Shown piece after piece: positions 49,147 through 59,782 of a stretch of 64,000 nucleotides of DNA. Below the pieces are notes generated by a model that was not told the origin of the DNA, searched no databases, and saw nothing but the letters and a program-made list of their open reading frames with translations. The DNA lies in contig CAWJKT010000010.1 of the NCBI GenBank assembly GCA_963843375.1, positions 105,424 to 169,423 of the forward strand, read 5' to 3'. A program made the translations under genes and the position numbers. This DNA comes from an uncultured Pseudomonadota bacterium. Its GTDB lineage: Bacteria > Oederibacteriota > Muellerivitia > Muellerivitales > Muellerivitaceae. Position 1 is the stretch's first letter, and every line of letters begins with the position of its first letter.

Positions 49147-49161
49147 TAGATCCCTTAAAAA

Positions 49162-49198
49162 AGCTGGTTCCTCTTGGATTGGGGAGCCAGCTTTTTTA
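49162..49198 (+). terminator. Rho-independent terminator after the outer-membrane-protein gene
   Basis: 10-bp stem agctggttcc/ggagccagct (one G-U pair), 11-nt loop, TTTTTT. Confidence 0.55.
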
Positions 49199-49211
49199 TT
49201 ATCAGGACACC

Positions 49212-49691
49212 ATGAACCCATTAACCTACCGGAGGGCTAGGCCTTCCGATACAAGGTCCATTCTCAATCTGATCAACCATTACTCCGCCAAAGGATTGAT
49301 GTTGCCCCGATCTTTTTCCCAGGTGATTGAAAAGGTAAGGGATTTCACAGTGGCGGTCGAGGAAACCCATTCCCAACCCCTCAAAGGGGTCGTCGCCCTT
49401 CATGTCGTCGGAGAAGACCTCGCCGAAGTCCGGTCCCTGGCCGTTGAGGAGGCGCTACAAGGACAAGGTATTGGCAGGAAACTACTCCAACATTGTTTTG
49501 ACGATGCCAAGGAATTGCGCCTTCAAAGAGTTTTTACCCTCACGTATCAAACCGAGTTTTTCTCAAAATTGGGTTTCGCCAAGGTCGAAAAATTAACCTT
49601 ACCTCAAAAAATTTGGGGTGATTGCGTCCATTGCGCCAAGTTTTCCGATTGCGATGAAATAGCCATGTTGCTTAACATATCGAAATCATGA
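49212..49691 (+). CDS. GNAT-family N-acetyltransferase, short N-acetylglutamate synthase (ArgA)-like
   Basis: ~160 aa GNAT with acetyl-CoA motif (…LAVEEALQGQGIGRKLL…), resembling single-domain ArgA; start taken at MNPLTYRR downstream of the terminator. Confidence 0.65.
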   Translation: MNPLTYRRARPSDTRSILNLINHYSAKGLMLPRSFSQVIEKVRDFTVAVEETHSQPLKGVVALHVVGEDLAEVRSLAVEEALQGQGIGRKLLQHCFDDAKELRLQRVFTLTYQTEFFSKLGFAKVEKLTLPQKIWGDCVHCAKFSDCDEIAMLLNISKS

Positions 49692-50410
49692 CAGTTACTA
49701 CTTCCACCCACCCCCAACCAAGTAAAAAATCGACGCGACCTACAGTCTGGAGACAGTTTGCCAGCAAATACGTTGACATATTGATCTGCGGGTTCATTTC
49801 CTGGGTGGTTTGTTTTACTTTTGGATGGCATTCCTATTGGTCATCCCTGACCCTGTTTTTATTCTTCGGCGAATGGTTTTGGTGCCGGGACCGCCTGAAT
49901 CCTACGGCGGGAGAATATTTTCTGGGGATCCGGTATCTCACCTCTTCCTCCAGCCAAGTGGTGGCCGATATCCAAGTTATCAACGCCAAATTAAAACTCA
50001 ACGGTTTCTTGCTGACTGGCGGAGTAGTGGAGCTGACGCTCGCCATCTTCCTGTTTTCTGGATGGACTTTTCTTTCACAGGCTCCCGCTTTCGGATTTTA
50101 TCTCGCCCCCCCGCTCTCGTTGGTTTATTGGGCACTGGCAGGTTTCGCCTTTTTTCTCTGCAGTGGCTATCTCTTGAGCGGTTCCAAATTGGCCTTCTTT
50201 GTCGTTCCGGCCGTGCATCTTTTTTTCCTGGTGGATCTTTTTTTGAGTCACCCTCTCTGGAACAATCTTTTGCAAACCGGAGACTCGGTAGTTTCCGGCC
50301 TTGTCCATGTCACCCGGACACAACCTTTTCCATTATTGGATTTGTTCATCCTCTGGAGCATCTATATCCTGGGGACGCTTATTTTTTCCCGCAAACATTT
50401 GGCAAATTGA
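49688..50410 (+). CDS. Integral membrane protein (multi-TM, possibly RDD-family)
   Basis: Several hydrophobic segments; family uncertain. Confidence 0.45.
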   Translation: MTVTTSTHPQPSKKSTRPTVWRQFASKYVDILICGFISWVVCFTFGWHSYWSSLTLFLFFGEWFWCRDRLNPTAGEYFLGIRYLTSSSSQVVADIQVINAKLKLNGFLLTGGVVELTLAIFLFSGWTFLSQAPAFGFYLAPPLSLVYWALAGFAFFLCSGYLLSGSKLAFFVVPAVHLFFLVDLFLSHPLWNNLLQTGDSVVSGLVHVTRTQPFPLLDLFILWSIYILGTLIFSRKHLAN

Positions 50411-50493
50411 ATTAAAAGAATATTTCACTCCTGTTTAAAAGATGGGTTTTTCCCTTATAATTCTCGTCTTCGCAACCTTTTTGAAAGGCCGGT

Positions 50494-52999
50494 ATGGAAG
50501 CCTATAATTTCACTGAAATCGAAAAGCGTTGGAAAAAACAATGGGTCGAAAAGGGCATCTTTGCCTGCGATCTCTCAAAAACCGATAAAAAATACTATAC
50601 CCTGGTCATGTTTCCTTATCCTTCCGGGGATTTCCTTCACGCCGGCCACGGGCGAAATTACATCATCGGGGACGCAGTCTACCGTTACTTTAAGGCACAG
50701 GGACGTAACGTCTTGAATCCCATGGGCTTCGATGCCTTCGGCCTCCCAGCCGAGAACGCCGCCATTCACAAAGGCATTCATCCCGAGGATTGGACTCTTA
50801 AAAACATTGAGCGCATGAAGGGCCAGTTTTACGATTGGGGAATGGGTTACGACTGGGACAAGGAAGTGGTTTCCTGTCTTCCCGATTATTACCGCTGGAC
50901 CCAATGGATTTTCCTAAAACTTTACGAAAAGGGCCTGGCTTATCGAAAAAAAGCCTATGTCAACTGGTGCCCTTCCTGCCTGACGGTTTTGGCCAACGAA
51001 CAGGTGGTGAATGGCCAATGCGAACGTTGTGACTCCATCGTCGAGCAAAAAGACCTGGAACAATGGTTCTTCAAGATTACGGCCTATGCTGACCGGCTTT
51101 TGAAGGATATCGACCGCCTGGAATCCTGGCCCGATCGGGTCAAAACCATGCAGCGAAACTGGATTGGCAAGAGCGAAGGCGCCGAGGTCCAATTCAAGGT
51201 GGAAGGAAAGAACGAGACCATTACGGTATTCACCACCCGACCTGACACCCTTTTTGGGGCGACCTACATGGTCCTAGCCCCGGAGCATCCCCTGGTATTG
51301 TCTCTTGTGAAGGGAACGGACAAAGAAGCCGAAGTGAAATCCTTCGTGGAAATGGTAAAAAAACAGAGTTCGCAGGATAGGGTAGGGGAGAGCGCTGAAA
51401 AGCTGGGTTTGGAAACGGGAATCCGGGCGGTCAACCCAGTTAACGGAAAATCGATTCCGGTCTACTTGGCCAATTATGTCCTCATGGATTACGGAACGGG
51501 AGCCATCATGGCGGTACCGGCTCACGATACCCGGGACTTCGACTTTGCTCAAAAATACGGCATTCACATTGTTCAGGTGATCGACCCGACGGATGAAGTC
51601 AAACACGCCTGGAAAGCCTCCAATCATACCTACGATCCCAAGGGGGAAGCTTATACGGATGACGGTAAACTGGTGAATTCAGATTTTCTGAACGGCCTGA
51701 ATGTTGAAACCGCGAAGAAAAAAATGACCGCTTGGCTGGAAGAAAAAAAGATGGGGAAAGCGGCGGTAACCTATCGCCTGAGGGACTGGCTCATATCCCG
51801 CCAACGCTACTGGGGAGCGCCCATCCCCATGATTAATTGCGAAGCCTGTGGCTGGGTGTCGGTTCCGGAAAAGGATCTGCCGGTCCTTTTGCCGCGGGCC
51901 ATTGAATTTAAGCCAACCGGAGAATCACCGTTGAAATCGGTCCCGTCCTTTGTGAATGTCTTCTGCCCCAAATGTGGGGGGAAAGCCCGTCGAGAAACGG
52001 ACACCATGGACACCTTTGTGGATTCCAGTTGGTATTTTCTGCGTTACGTATCGGCAAAAAACCAACAAGAAGCCTTCACCACCCCAACAGCAAACAAATG
52101 GCTTCCCGTGGACCAATATATCGGCGGGGTTGAACACGCTATTCTTCACCTTCTGTATTCACGGTTCATTACGAAAGTTTTAAAGGACCAGGGATTCATC
52201 AATTTTGACGAGCCTTTCAAGCGGCTTTTCACCCAGGGAATGATCACCAAAGGCGGGGTTAAAATGTCCAAGAGCAAGGGCAACTCCGTCCAACCCGATG
52301 AGCTGCATCAAAAAATACGGCTCGGATACTTTCCGGCTCTATACTCTTTTTATCGGCCCACCCGAACGGGACGCCGAGTGGGACGACCGGGCCGTGGAAG
52401 GTCCGTTTCGTTTTTTGAACCGTATTTGGAAATTTTTTCAGGAAGTGATGGAAAGACCGGACTTTGCCCAGAGTGAAAAACCCGAAGCCACGACCGAAGC
52501 CGACAAAGAAATCCGACGCAAAACTCACCAAACCATTCAAAAAGTGACGGTGGACATGACCGAAGGTTTCAAATTCAACACCGCAATCAGCGCTATGATG
52601 GAAATGATTAATTTGCTTTATGATTACAAAGAACAACCCGGCGCCAAAACCCCTCTTTTGCGAGAGGCTTTGGAGGCTCTGGTGAAACTTTTAGGGCCTT
52701 TTACCCCCCACGTGGCCGATGAAATGTGGAGCCGTCTGGGCGACGGGAAGAATCTCTTACAAGCCGGATGGCCTCAGTTTGACCCGGCATTGTTAAAATC
52801 CGATGTGGTGGAAATTCCCGTGCAAGTTAACGGCAAGGTGAAAACCAGGGTAAATATCGCCGTGGGATTGGCGGAGGAGACAGTGAGGGACTTCCTATTA
52901 AAAGAGGAAAAAGTCTTGAAGTTTGTCCGGCCCGAAACCGTCCAAAAATTGATTTGGGTGAAGGATAAATTGGCTAACTTTATTGTGAGAACAAATTGA
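50494..52999 (+). CDS. leuS: Leucyl-tRNA synthetase; apparent frameshift near 52290-52320
   Basis: HAGH (HIGH) motif, editing domain, KMSKSKGN then, in another frame, …[24 protein letters not shown]… and the anticodon-binding domain to the stop at 52999. Confidence 0.9.
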
Positions 53000-53532
53000 A
53001 TACTTATTTCTTAGGTCTGAAATCATTCGGAATTCGGCGATTCGCCTGTTTTTTGCTTTTACTCATTGGCATAACGGGGTGCCACCCCGCCGCCCTGGTC
53101 ATTCCTTCTTACATCCAAAACGTGGGCGTTGACCTTTTTGAAAACCGAACCAGTTACTATGGATTGGATACGATCTTTACCGAGGCCACGATTCGGCAAT
53201 TTCAAATCGACGGAAGGCTACCGATTGAAACGGCGGATAAGGCCGATATGGCCGTAAAGGTCATCATCCGTCAATATATCCGGGAGCCTCAGCTTTACGC
53301 CAATAACACCAATTACGTCCTCGAATACCGTTTGTCCGTTGTCTATGATCTGGCGGCCATCGACCAACGGGAAAAGAAAACGTTCCTTGAGGACACGGGA
53401 AAGGTCCATAGTATTTATTTTTATACTCCCCAATATACGGGAGCGATCCCCGAAACCGAGGACCAGGCGATTACCCAACTTGCCAGTGACATGGCTTACA
53501 CCATTGTCCGCCGTGTTTTAGAAGGAAATTGA
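52996..53532 (+). CDS. lptE: LptE-like LPS-assembly lipoprotein
   Basis: Lipobox (LIGITGC); conserved leuS-lptE-holA position; small beta-rich protein. Confidence 0.55.
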   Translation: MNTYFLGLKSFGIRRFACFLLLLIGITGCHPAALVIPSYIQNVGVDLFENRTSYYGLDTIFTEATIRQFQIDGRLPIETADKADMAVKVIIRQYIREPQLYANNTNYVLEYRLSVVYDLAAIDQREKKTFLEDTGKVHSIYFYTPQYTGAIPETEDQAITQLASDMAYTIVRRVLEGN

Positions 53533-53603
53533 CCGGTGTGTCAAGTCAAACGGAACTTAGAATCTGCAATTTTTAGTTTGAAACCAAAAGACGAGAGGTT
53601 GAC

Positions 53604-54326
53604 ATGAACGGATTGAAAATTAAAAATTTCACATTAATTATTTTGGCTCTCATGTCTTTTACTTTGGCGGGAAGCGCAGGAGCTGATCTGGAGTGGATCA
53701 CCGGTGGCGTTCCTAAAAACGCTCCCGACAAGCCCTCTTCCACGGGCGTGAAAGACGCCCCTCCTGAAGCATCCTCCAGCAGTCCGACGGTTAACCAGGA
53801 CATCATCGTGAGCCATTTGATCACCTGCACCAAAATCGTGAACCAATATCCAGTCGACAGCGTAAACTATTTTTATTTAAACAAAAACGATCAAATTTGT
53901 TATTTCGCTTATTTTTTAATCAAACCTTCCAGTCGAATCCATACTGCGACGGTGGAATGTTTTTCACCGACGAATCTTCGTATCGCGAAATTCGACCAGG
54001 AATTCCAGGTGGGATTCACCGACCGACTTTTGACGATCCAGGACGAAACCTACCAATGGTTCCTGGTGGACCTTACCCTGGGGTTGGACCATCTTCACTC
54101 CGAGTATGGCCAAACCGGCTTGCCAAGAGATGTGGGACTTTACACGATCCACTTAAGCGTGGACGGCCAATTGGTGGGAATCACCTTTTTTTATGTGAAA
54201 CCCGAGGAAACTAAAAACGCCACCCCCGTTGCCACCATACCTCCGGCTCCAAATGCCAGCCTCTTGCCCGTAAGAACCCCTTACACCACCCAACCCATTT
54301 CACCCATACCTCAGGGTATCCCTTGA
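53604..54326 (+). CDS. Secreted hypothetical protein (Pro/Ser/Thr-rich C-terminus) between lptE and holA
   Basis: Signal peptide MNGLKIKNFTLIILALMSFTLAGSAGA; no recognisable domain. Confidence 0.5.
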   Translation: MNGLKIKNFTLIILALMSFTLAGSAGADLEWITGGVPKNAPDKPSSTGVKDAPPEASSSSPTVNQDIIVSHLITCTKIVNQYPVDSVNYFYLNKNDQICYFAYFLIKPSSRIHTATVECFSPTNLRIAKFDQEFQVGFTDRLLTIQDETYQWFLVDLTLGLDHLHSEYGQTGLPRDVGLYTIHLSVDGQLVGITFFYVKPEETKNATPVATIPPAPNASLLPVRTPYTTQPISPIPQGIP

Positions 54327-54358
54327 TCCACTTCGTTTCGTGAAAGAGGAAGGGGACC

Positions 54359-55390
54359 ATGTACTTCGACGACTTTTTAACCCGTCTTAAAAAAAATGAT
54401 TTGCCCCGGGTTCTTTTGCTTTTTGGTGATTCAGAAGGGGTTTTATCCGAAGGCCTTCAAAACATCCGGGAAAAATTTCGCGAAATGGCGCCCGATGGAA
54501 CCTTACAGGTTTTTGACGGACAAGAAATAAACCTTGGGGAAATGTTGATGGCTGCCCAAACATCCTCGCTTTTCGCCACATCTCAGTTACTCGTTTTGCA
54601 GCATGGCGAAAAACTCCTTGGAGGTCATTCGGAGGCGGCTATAGATCGCCTAAAGGATTACTTTTCCAATCCCAATCCTTCTTCCATATTGGTTTTCCTG
54701 GCGCCCGGGATGCGAAAAACCGCGAAAGCGGTAGCAGCCGTGGAACGGATGGGCTGGGCAGTTCAGTGCTCCGATATCCCAGATTGGAAAATGGCGGGCT
54801 GGCTAAAACAACAGGCTCAAACCGTTGGGCTCCAACTTCCCGAAGACGCGGCCCAACTCTTGATCCAAAAAGTTGGGTCCGACATCGCTTATCTCAAAAG
54901 CGCCCTGGAGCAACTTTCCATTTACGCCCATCCGCAAAAATCCATTTCGCATCAATTGGTAATGGAGCTTCCTGTTCCCGGGATAGAATCCGGTATATTT
55001 CAATTTTTGGATGCGGTTGGGCTGCGTCAAACCGAAAAAGCTCTCAAAGTGTTGAACCAGTTGGAAGACGGAGTGGACGCCGGAACCGTCATCATGCTTT
55101 ATGGAAGGGTTCGGGAACTGCTTTTAATCGCCCTGGGTCGGTCGAAAGGCTGGGACCAAACGAAGACAGCCGAGAATCTGGGTTTGCATCCCTTTCGACT
55201 TAAAAGTCTTTGGGATCAAGCCGCCCAATTCTCCGTGGAAGATCTCAAAAACGCCTTAATGGATTTAACACATCTTCAAGCGGGGGTTGTCACAGGGCGA
55301 TTGGGCAAAGCAGTGGCCCCGGTTTATCTGGAATGTTGGGTTTTAAAGTGGGGAAAAAACCGGATGGCCCTGAAAGCGGCCACCCGGTGA
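54359..55390 (+). CDS. holA: DNA polymerase III delta subunit
   Basis: HolA family pattern (…VLLLFGDSEGVL…), conserved position after lptE. Confidence 0.8.
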   Translation: MYFDDFLTRLKKNDLPRVLLLFGDSEGVLSEGLQNIREKFREMAPDGTLQVFDGQEINLGEMLMAAQTSSLFATSQLLVLQHGEKLLGGHSEAAIDRLKDYFSNPNPSSILVFLAPGMRKTAKAVAAVERMGWAVQCSDIPDWKMAGWLKQQAQTVGLQLPEDAAQLLIQKVGSDIAYLKSALEQLSIYAHPQKSISHQLVMELPVPGIESGIFQFLDAVGLRQTEKALKVLNQLEDGVDAGTVIMLYGRVRELLLIALGRSKGWDQTKTAENLGLHPFRLKSLWDQAAQFSVEDLKNALMDLTHLQAGVVTGRLGKAVAPVYLECWVLKWGKNRMALKAATR

Positions 55391-55392
55391 TT

Positions 55393-55653
55393 TTACTTTT
55401 TGAACTTTTTGTGGATAAAAGACGAAAGACGGGAAACTTTGCGGGAAGCGGTGTTTTTCTTAAGAATCCCGTGGGATTGGGCCTTATCCAGGACATGCAT
55501 GGCTTCCTTCAGCTTTTGGGCCGCTTCTTCAGCTGTTTTGGCGGCAAGAACGGCCTTCATGGCAGTGCGGAGTTTGTTCTTTTCAGCGGAATTACGCGCC
55601 GTACGCGTTTTAGTGCGGCGGACGTCTTTGATCGACGACTTAATGATCGGCAT
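55393..55653 (-). CDS. rpsT: 30S ribosomal protein S20
   Basis: 86-aa basic protein MPIIKSSIKDVRRTKTRTARNSAEKNKLRTAMKAVL…. Confidence 0.9.
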   Translation of the reverse strand: MPIIKSSIKDVRRTKTRTARNSAEKNKLRTAMKAVLAAKTAEEAAQKLKEAMHVLDKAQSHGILKKNTASRKVSRLSSFIHKKFKK

Positions 55654-55720
55654 GGATCCTCCAAAAAATTAATCAGCGGCTTCCTAAAATGGAGGCATAT
55701 CGTAAACGAAGGGGGAGACA

Positions 55721-57358
55721 GTGTCAATCACGGTTCCATCACCCCAGTCTGAGCCGAGCCAAAATGACGCGAAGACCCGTTTGGGCGGGCATTTTCGACT
55801 GGTCACAACCGCCACGTCCATCAGCCGTATCGCGGGATATTTGCGAGATACCTTGAACGCGAATCTTTTTGGCGCGGGTCTGGTTTCCGACGCCTACTTT
55901 ATGGCGGTACGAATACCCAGCCTGCTTAGGGACCTATTTGCGGAAGGTGCTCTTTCGAACGCTTTCGTTCCCGCCCTGACGGCCCGGTTAGAGAAGGAAG
56001 ACCACCAAGACGCTTGGGAATTGATGTCTCAAGTTTTTTCACTTTTATTCCTCGTAACGGGTTTGTTGACGGCCTTGGGTATTCTTTTGGCCCCTCAAGT
56101 GGTGGGAGTAATCGCCCATGGTTATGTGAAAGATGTCGACAAGTTTCAGCTGACCATTCAGTTGACCCGCATCTTATTTCCGGTCTTGATGTTTGTTTCT
56201 TTTGCCGCTCTTTGGATGGGAGCCCTCAATTCCATGCACCGCTTTGCGACACCGGCGTTCGCTCCCGTGTTCATGAACTTGACGCAAATAGCCATGGGAA
56301 TTGCGCTTTTGAAGTTTTGGAAAAGCAACAACCCGCAAGAGGAAATCCGGAACATACAATTATGGGCCTGTTCCATGACCCTTGGGATGTTTTTTCAGTG
56401 GATTTCGCAACTTCCAGAGGCTTGGAAGGCTGGAATCAAGGTCGTTTGGTCCTGGCCTCCCCGACATCCCGGAATCGGGGAAATGATGAACCTCATGGGA
56501 CCCGCCATCGTCAGCCAGTCAGTCCTGCAAGTCAACTTACTGGTTAACCAGTTCTTTGCCTCCTTCCTCACTACCGGCTACGTCAGTTATCTTTATTATG
56601 GAAACCGGCTTTTCCAACTACCCTTTGGAATTTTGGGAGTTTCCATCGCCACCGTGACCTTTCCGCTTTTGGCCCGCCAATCCAACACCGGAAAGATGGA
56701 AGAATTTTCACAAACCTTAAGCCGGGCGTTATCTGCGGGGTTATTTCTGATGATCCCTTGCACCGTGGGAATTTGGATCGTGGCCAAACCGGCATGCCGG
56801 CTGGCCTTTGAATATGGCCGCTTCACTCCTGAGGCGACGCAAATGGCCGCCGAGGCAACGGCTCTATATGCTCTTGGCTTGGTGGGATATACCGGCGTCA
56901 AGATACTTTTACCCGCTTACTACGCCCGTCGCAATGCCCGTAAACCCCTTGCTACATCCTTGGCGGCGATAACGGCCAATGCCGGATTAAACCTTTTGGC
57001 ATTTTTAACCGTGAATGATTCCCACATCCGTTTTTGGGGATTGGCGCTGGCTTCCGTCCTGGGTTCCTTAATCAACTTAATTCTTCTTCTATGGGGAATT
57101 GAAAAAATCAACATCCATCTGGATTGGAAATTTTTGAGGTTGGAAGCGCTAAAGATCTTATTGGCCTCCACGCTGATGGGCCTCGTCACTTGGGTCACAC
57201 TTCAAGAAATCACAAAAATTCATTTACCCGGTAGCCGGCTTTTTGATTTTCTAATTCCGGTAATGCTTGGGGGAATAGTATATTTCGGTTTGGCAAAAAC
57301 GCTGAGACTTAATGGGTTGGAGTGGGTTTTGGGACGGGCCAAGGGCAAGGTCGCGTGA
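55721..57358 (+). CDS. murJ: Lipid II flippase MurJ (MviN)
   Basis: 14-TM MOP-family protein, MurJ N-terminal motifs (…SRIAGYLRD…GAGLVSDAYFMAVRIP…); divergent from rpsT as commonly conserved. Confidence 0.9.
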   Translation: MSITVPSPQSEPSQNDAKTRLGGHFRLVTTATSISRIAGYLRDTLNANLFGAGLVSDAYFMAVRIPSLLRDLFAEGALSNAFVPALTARLEKEDHQDAWELMSQVFSLLFLVTGLLTALGILLAPQVVGVIAHGYVKDVDKFQLTIQLTRILFPVLMFVSFAALWMGALNSMHRFATPAFAPVFMNLTQIAMGIALLKFWKSNNPQEEIRNIQLWACSMTLGMFFQWISQLPEAWKAGIKVVWSWPPRHPGIGEMMNLMGPAIVSQSVLQVNLLVNQFFASFLTTGYVSYLYYGNRLFQLPFGILGVSIATVTFPLLARQSNTGKMEEFSQTLSRALSAGLFLMIPCTVGIWIVAKPACRLAFEYGRFTPEATQMAAEATALYALGLVGYTGVKILLPAYYARRNARKPLATSLAAITANAGLNLLAFLTVNDSHIRFWGLALASVLGSLINLILLLWGIEKINIHLDWKFLRLEALKILLASTLMGLVTWVTLQEITKIHLPGSRLFDFLIPVMLGGIVYFGLAKTLRLNGLEWVLGRAKGKVA

Positions 57359-57909
57359 AAAGTCGAAGTTGGTTTTTGAGTGCAAAGTGGGGATTTTTCC
57401 GAACAACCGGTGGATGGTGCGCGGCCGCTTGGACCCGCAAGGGACTTTCGGTTTTGGTATTACCACAAAAAAGCAGGGCCCAAGCCTTAAAAAGGATTCA
57501 TGAATATTTGCCCCCGGTTCCCGAAAACTTCTGGATTACCCCGCCTGCGAAGGTTCCTCAAAAATTTCAACGCCAAACCCGGGCCGCCTTAAAGGGCAAC
57601 CCCTTTCGCATGACCGATTTTGACCTTTCTTTCCTCACCTCATTTCAACAAAGGGTTTTGGTCGCTACCTGTCAAATTCCATGGGGACAGTTCCGGACTT
57701 ATGGCTGGGTCGCAAGAAAAGCAGGGTCTCCCCGAGGCTTTCGTGCTGCGGGTCAGGCCTTAAACCGTAACCCCATTCCCATCTTCATTCCCTGTCATAG
57801 AGTTATCGCGGCGGATAATCAAATCGGTGGTTATGGAGGAGGCCTCAAATGGAAGAGAAAACTCTTGAAAAATGAAGGCGTAACGGTAAATCAAAGCCTC
57901 GTATGGTAG
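57355..57909 (+). CDS. ogt: Methylated-DNA-protein-cysteine methyltransferase
   Basis: PCHRVI active-site motif, …FQQRVLVATCQIPWGQFRTYGWVA…; GTG start overlapping the murJ stop (GTGA). Confidence 0.8.
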   Translation: MKSRSWFLSAKWGFFRTTGGWCAAAWTRKGLSVLVLPQKSRAQALKRIHEYLPPVPENFWITPPAKVPQKFQRQTRAALKGNPFRMTDFDLSFLTSFQQRVLVATCQIPWGQFRTYGWVARKAGSPRGFRAAGQALNRNPIPIFIPCHRVIAADNQIGGYGGGLKWKRKLLKNEGVTVNQSLVW

Positions 57910-57966
57910 TTACAGAGCCGAAAAGCTTTGATAAAATACCAACCTACGACTTTTCTAGGGGGCCTG

Positions 57967-59775
57967 ATGCTTCAGGGGAACATTGATAAATACAAGCTCC
58001 TCGAGATCAAGGGAAGCGGCACTTTTGGAACGGTTTGGTTGGCCGAGGATACCTGGATCGGGAAAAAAGTAGCAATTAAAATCCCCCACAATCAAAAAGA
58101 AGAATTCACCACCCTCATTGCGGAACCCAAGCTTTTGGCTTCCCTGGACCACCCCAATATTGTCCAAATCCTAACCGTGGACAAAGCCGAAAACATCTTT
58201 TTCATGGTCATGGAGTATGTTGACGGGAAAAACCTGGCCCAATTGATCCAGGAAACACCTCTCACCTACAAAGAAGCTGTTGATATTGTCATTCAAATTC
58301 TAACAGCTCTCCAATATGCCCATGAGAAAAACGTCATCCATCGCGATCTGAAACCCGGTAACATCCTCCTCACTTCCGATCGAAAAGCGAAGATTACCGA
58401 TTTCGGGACCGCCTTCATTCAAGCGGGAAAAACCGGTGCGGGAATCGGCGGAACCCTTTATTACATGGCTAAGGAACAAGTCCTGGGCCACCCGGCAAAA
58501 GCCTCGGACGTCTATTCGGTGGGAGTCATTCTTTATGAGATGGTGACCGGGAAACTTCCCTTTTATGACGAAGTTCCGATGGTGGTCCTGAACAAAATAT
58601 TGAAAGATGACGTACCCGAACCCCACAAAATGAATCCCAGCATACCCAAAGAACTAGAAGCGGTTATCATGAAGGCACTGCAAAAAGAGGTCTCGAAACG
58701 ATATCAATCCGCTTTTGAAATGAAACAAGACTTGGAAAAACTTCCACCTGGAATTCTCACAGCCCCAATCGGAATCGGAAGCAAAACCCAAGACGTCCTC
58801 ACTCACACCATTATTCAAGAGGCCGATAAAAAACAAGCCATCAAAGAAGTGGGGGACATCAACACCCTTAGGTATCAGGGCTACCATTACAAGTTGGTCC
58901 GAACAATCGGGACTCGGGGTAAAGAAGAAGGAAATTTTATTTCCCCGGTGGGGGTGGCCGTCGATTCCCAAAAGAGAATTTATGTTTGCGACTCCATGAA
59001 ATGCTGCGTCCAGGTTTTTGATTTTGAGGGAAAAATCCTTTACTCAGTCGGAAAATTCGGGAAAGAAGTGAGTGACCCTAAAGAGGTTTCCTTTCTCATG
59101 CCCGCTTCAGTTGCGGTGGACCAAGGAGGAAATTTAGTCGCCTTGGATGCCAAGACCTGCAACGTCCAGATTATTGGGAAAATGGGCCAGCTTCTGGCGA
59201 AATTCGGGGAACCTGCTTCTCCAACCACGGGAAAAATAGAAATCGGAACGGGGGGCTTTTTCCATCCCCAAGCACTGGCGTTAGACGATAAGGATAATAT
59301 TTATGTTTCCGACACGGGAAACCATCGTATCCGGGTTTTTAATCCCGCGGGAAAGGTTTTGAATAAATTCGGTATTCAGGGGGCCCGTTTGGGCGAATTT
59401 AATTGTCCCGCCGGATTGACGTTGGATAACGCTCAAAATTTGCTGGTAGTGGATGAAAAAAACTACCGCGTTCAAATTTTCACCACAAAAGGTGTATTTA
59501 AAAACAAATTCGGGAAGAGGGGAACGGGCCGGGGAGAGTTTTCCGCTCCTATCGGCGTTGCCACCGATTCCAAACGAAATATTTTCGTGACAGACCGGGA
59601 TATGAGGATTCAAGTTTTCGATCCCGAAGGGTATTATTTAACTGAATTTGGGACGCCCCAGGGCAATTACAAAATAGCGCCCAAGTATTATGGCCTGACC
59701 ATCGACGCCGAAAACAATCTCTATGTTACGGATATCGCCAATTGTTCCGTTTTAGTTTATGCTTTGAAGAAATGA
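57967..59775 (+). CDS. Ser/Thr protein kinase with C-terminal NHL-repeat beta-propeller
   Basis: GSGTFGTVW, VAIK, HRDLKPGNILL, DFGTA kinase motifs; ≥5 NHL-like repeats (…ISPVGVAVDSQKRIYVCDS…; …HRIRVFNPAGK…). Confidence 0.85.
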   Translation: MLQGNIDKYKLLEIKGSGTFGTVWLAEDTWIGKKVAIKIPHNQKEEFTTLIAEPKLLASLDHPNIVQILTVDKAENIFFMVMEYVDGKNLAQLIQETPLTYKEAVDIVIQILTALQYAHEKNVIHRDLKPGNILLTSDRKAKITDFGTAFIQAGKTGAGIGGTLYYMAKEQVLGHPAKASDVYSVGVILYEMVTGKLPFYDEVPMVVLNKILKDDVPEPHKMNPSIPKELEAVIMKALQKEVSKRYQSAFEMKQDLEKLPPGILTAPIGIGSKTQDVLTHTIIQEADKKQAIKEVGDINTLRYQGYHYKLVRTIGTRGKEEGNFISPVGVAVDSQKRIYVCDSMKCCVQVFDFEGKILYSVGKFGKEVSDPKEVSFLMPASVAVDQGGNLVALDAKTCNVQIIGKMGQLLAKFGEPASPTTGKIEIGTGGFFHPQALALDDKDNIYVSDTGNHRIRVFNPAGKVLNKFGIQGARLGEFNCPAGLTLDNAQNLLVVDEKNYRVQIFTTKGVFKNKFGKRGTGRGEFSAPIGVATDSKRNIFVTDRDMRIQVFDPEGYYLTEFGTPQGNYKIAPKYYGLTIDAENNLYVTDIANCSVLVYALKK

Positions 59776-59782
59776 GATTCCG

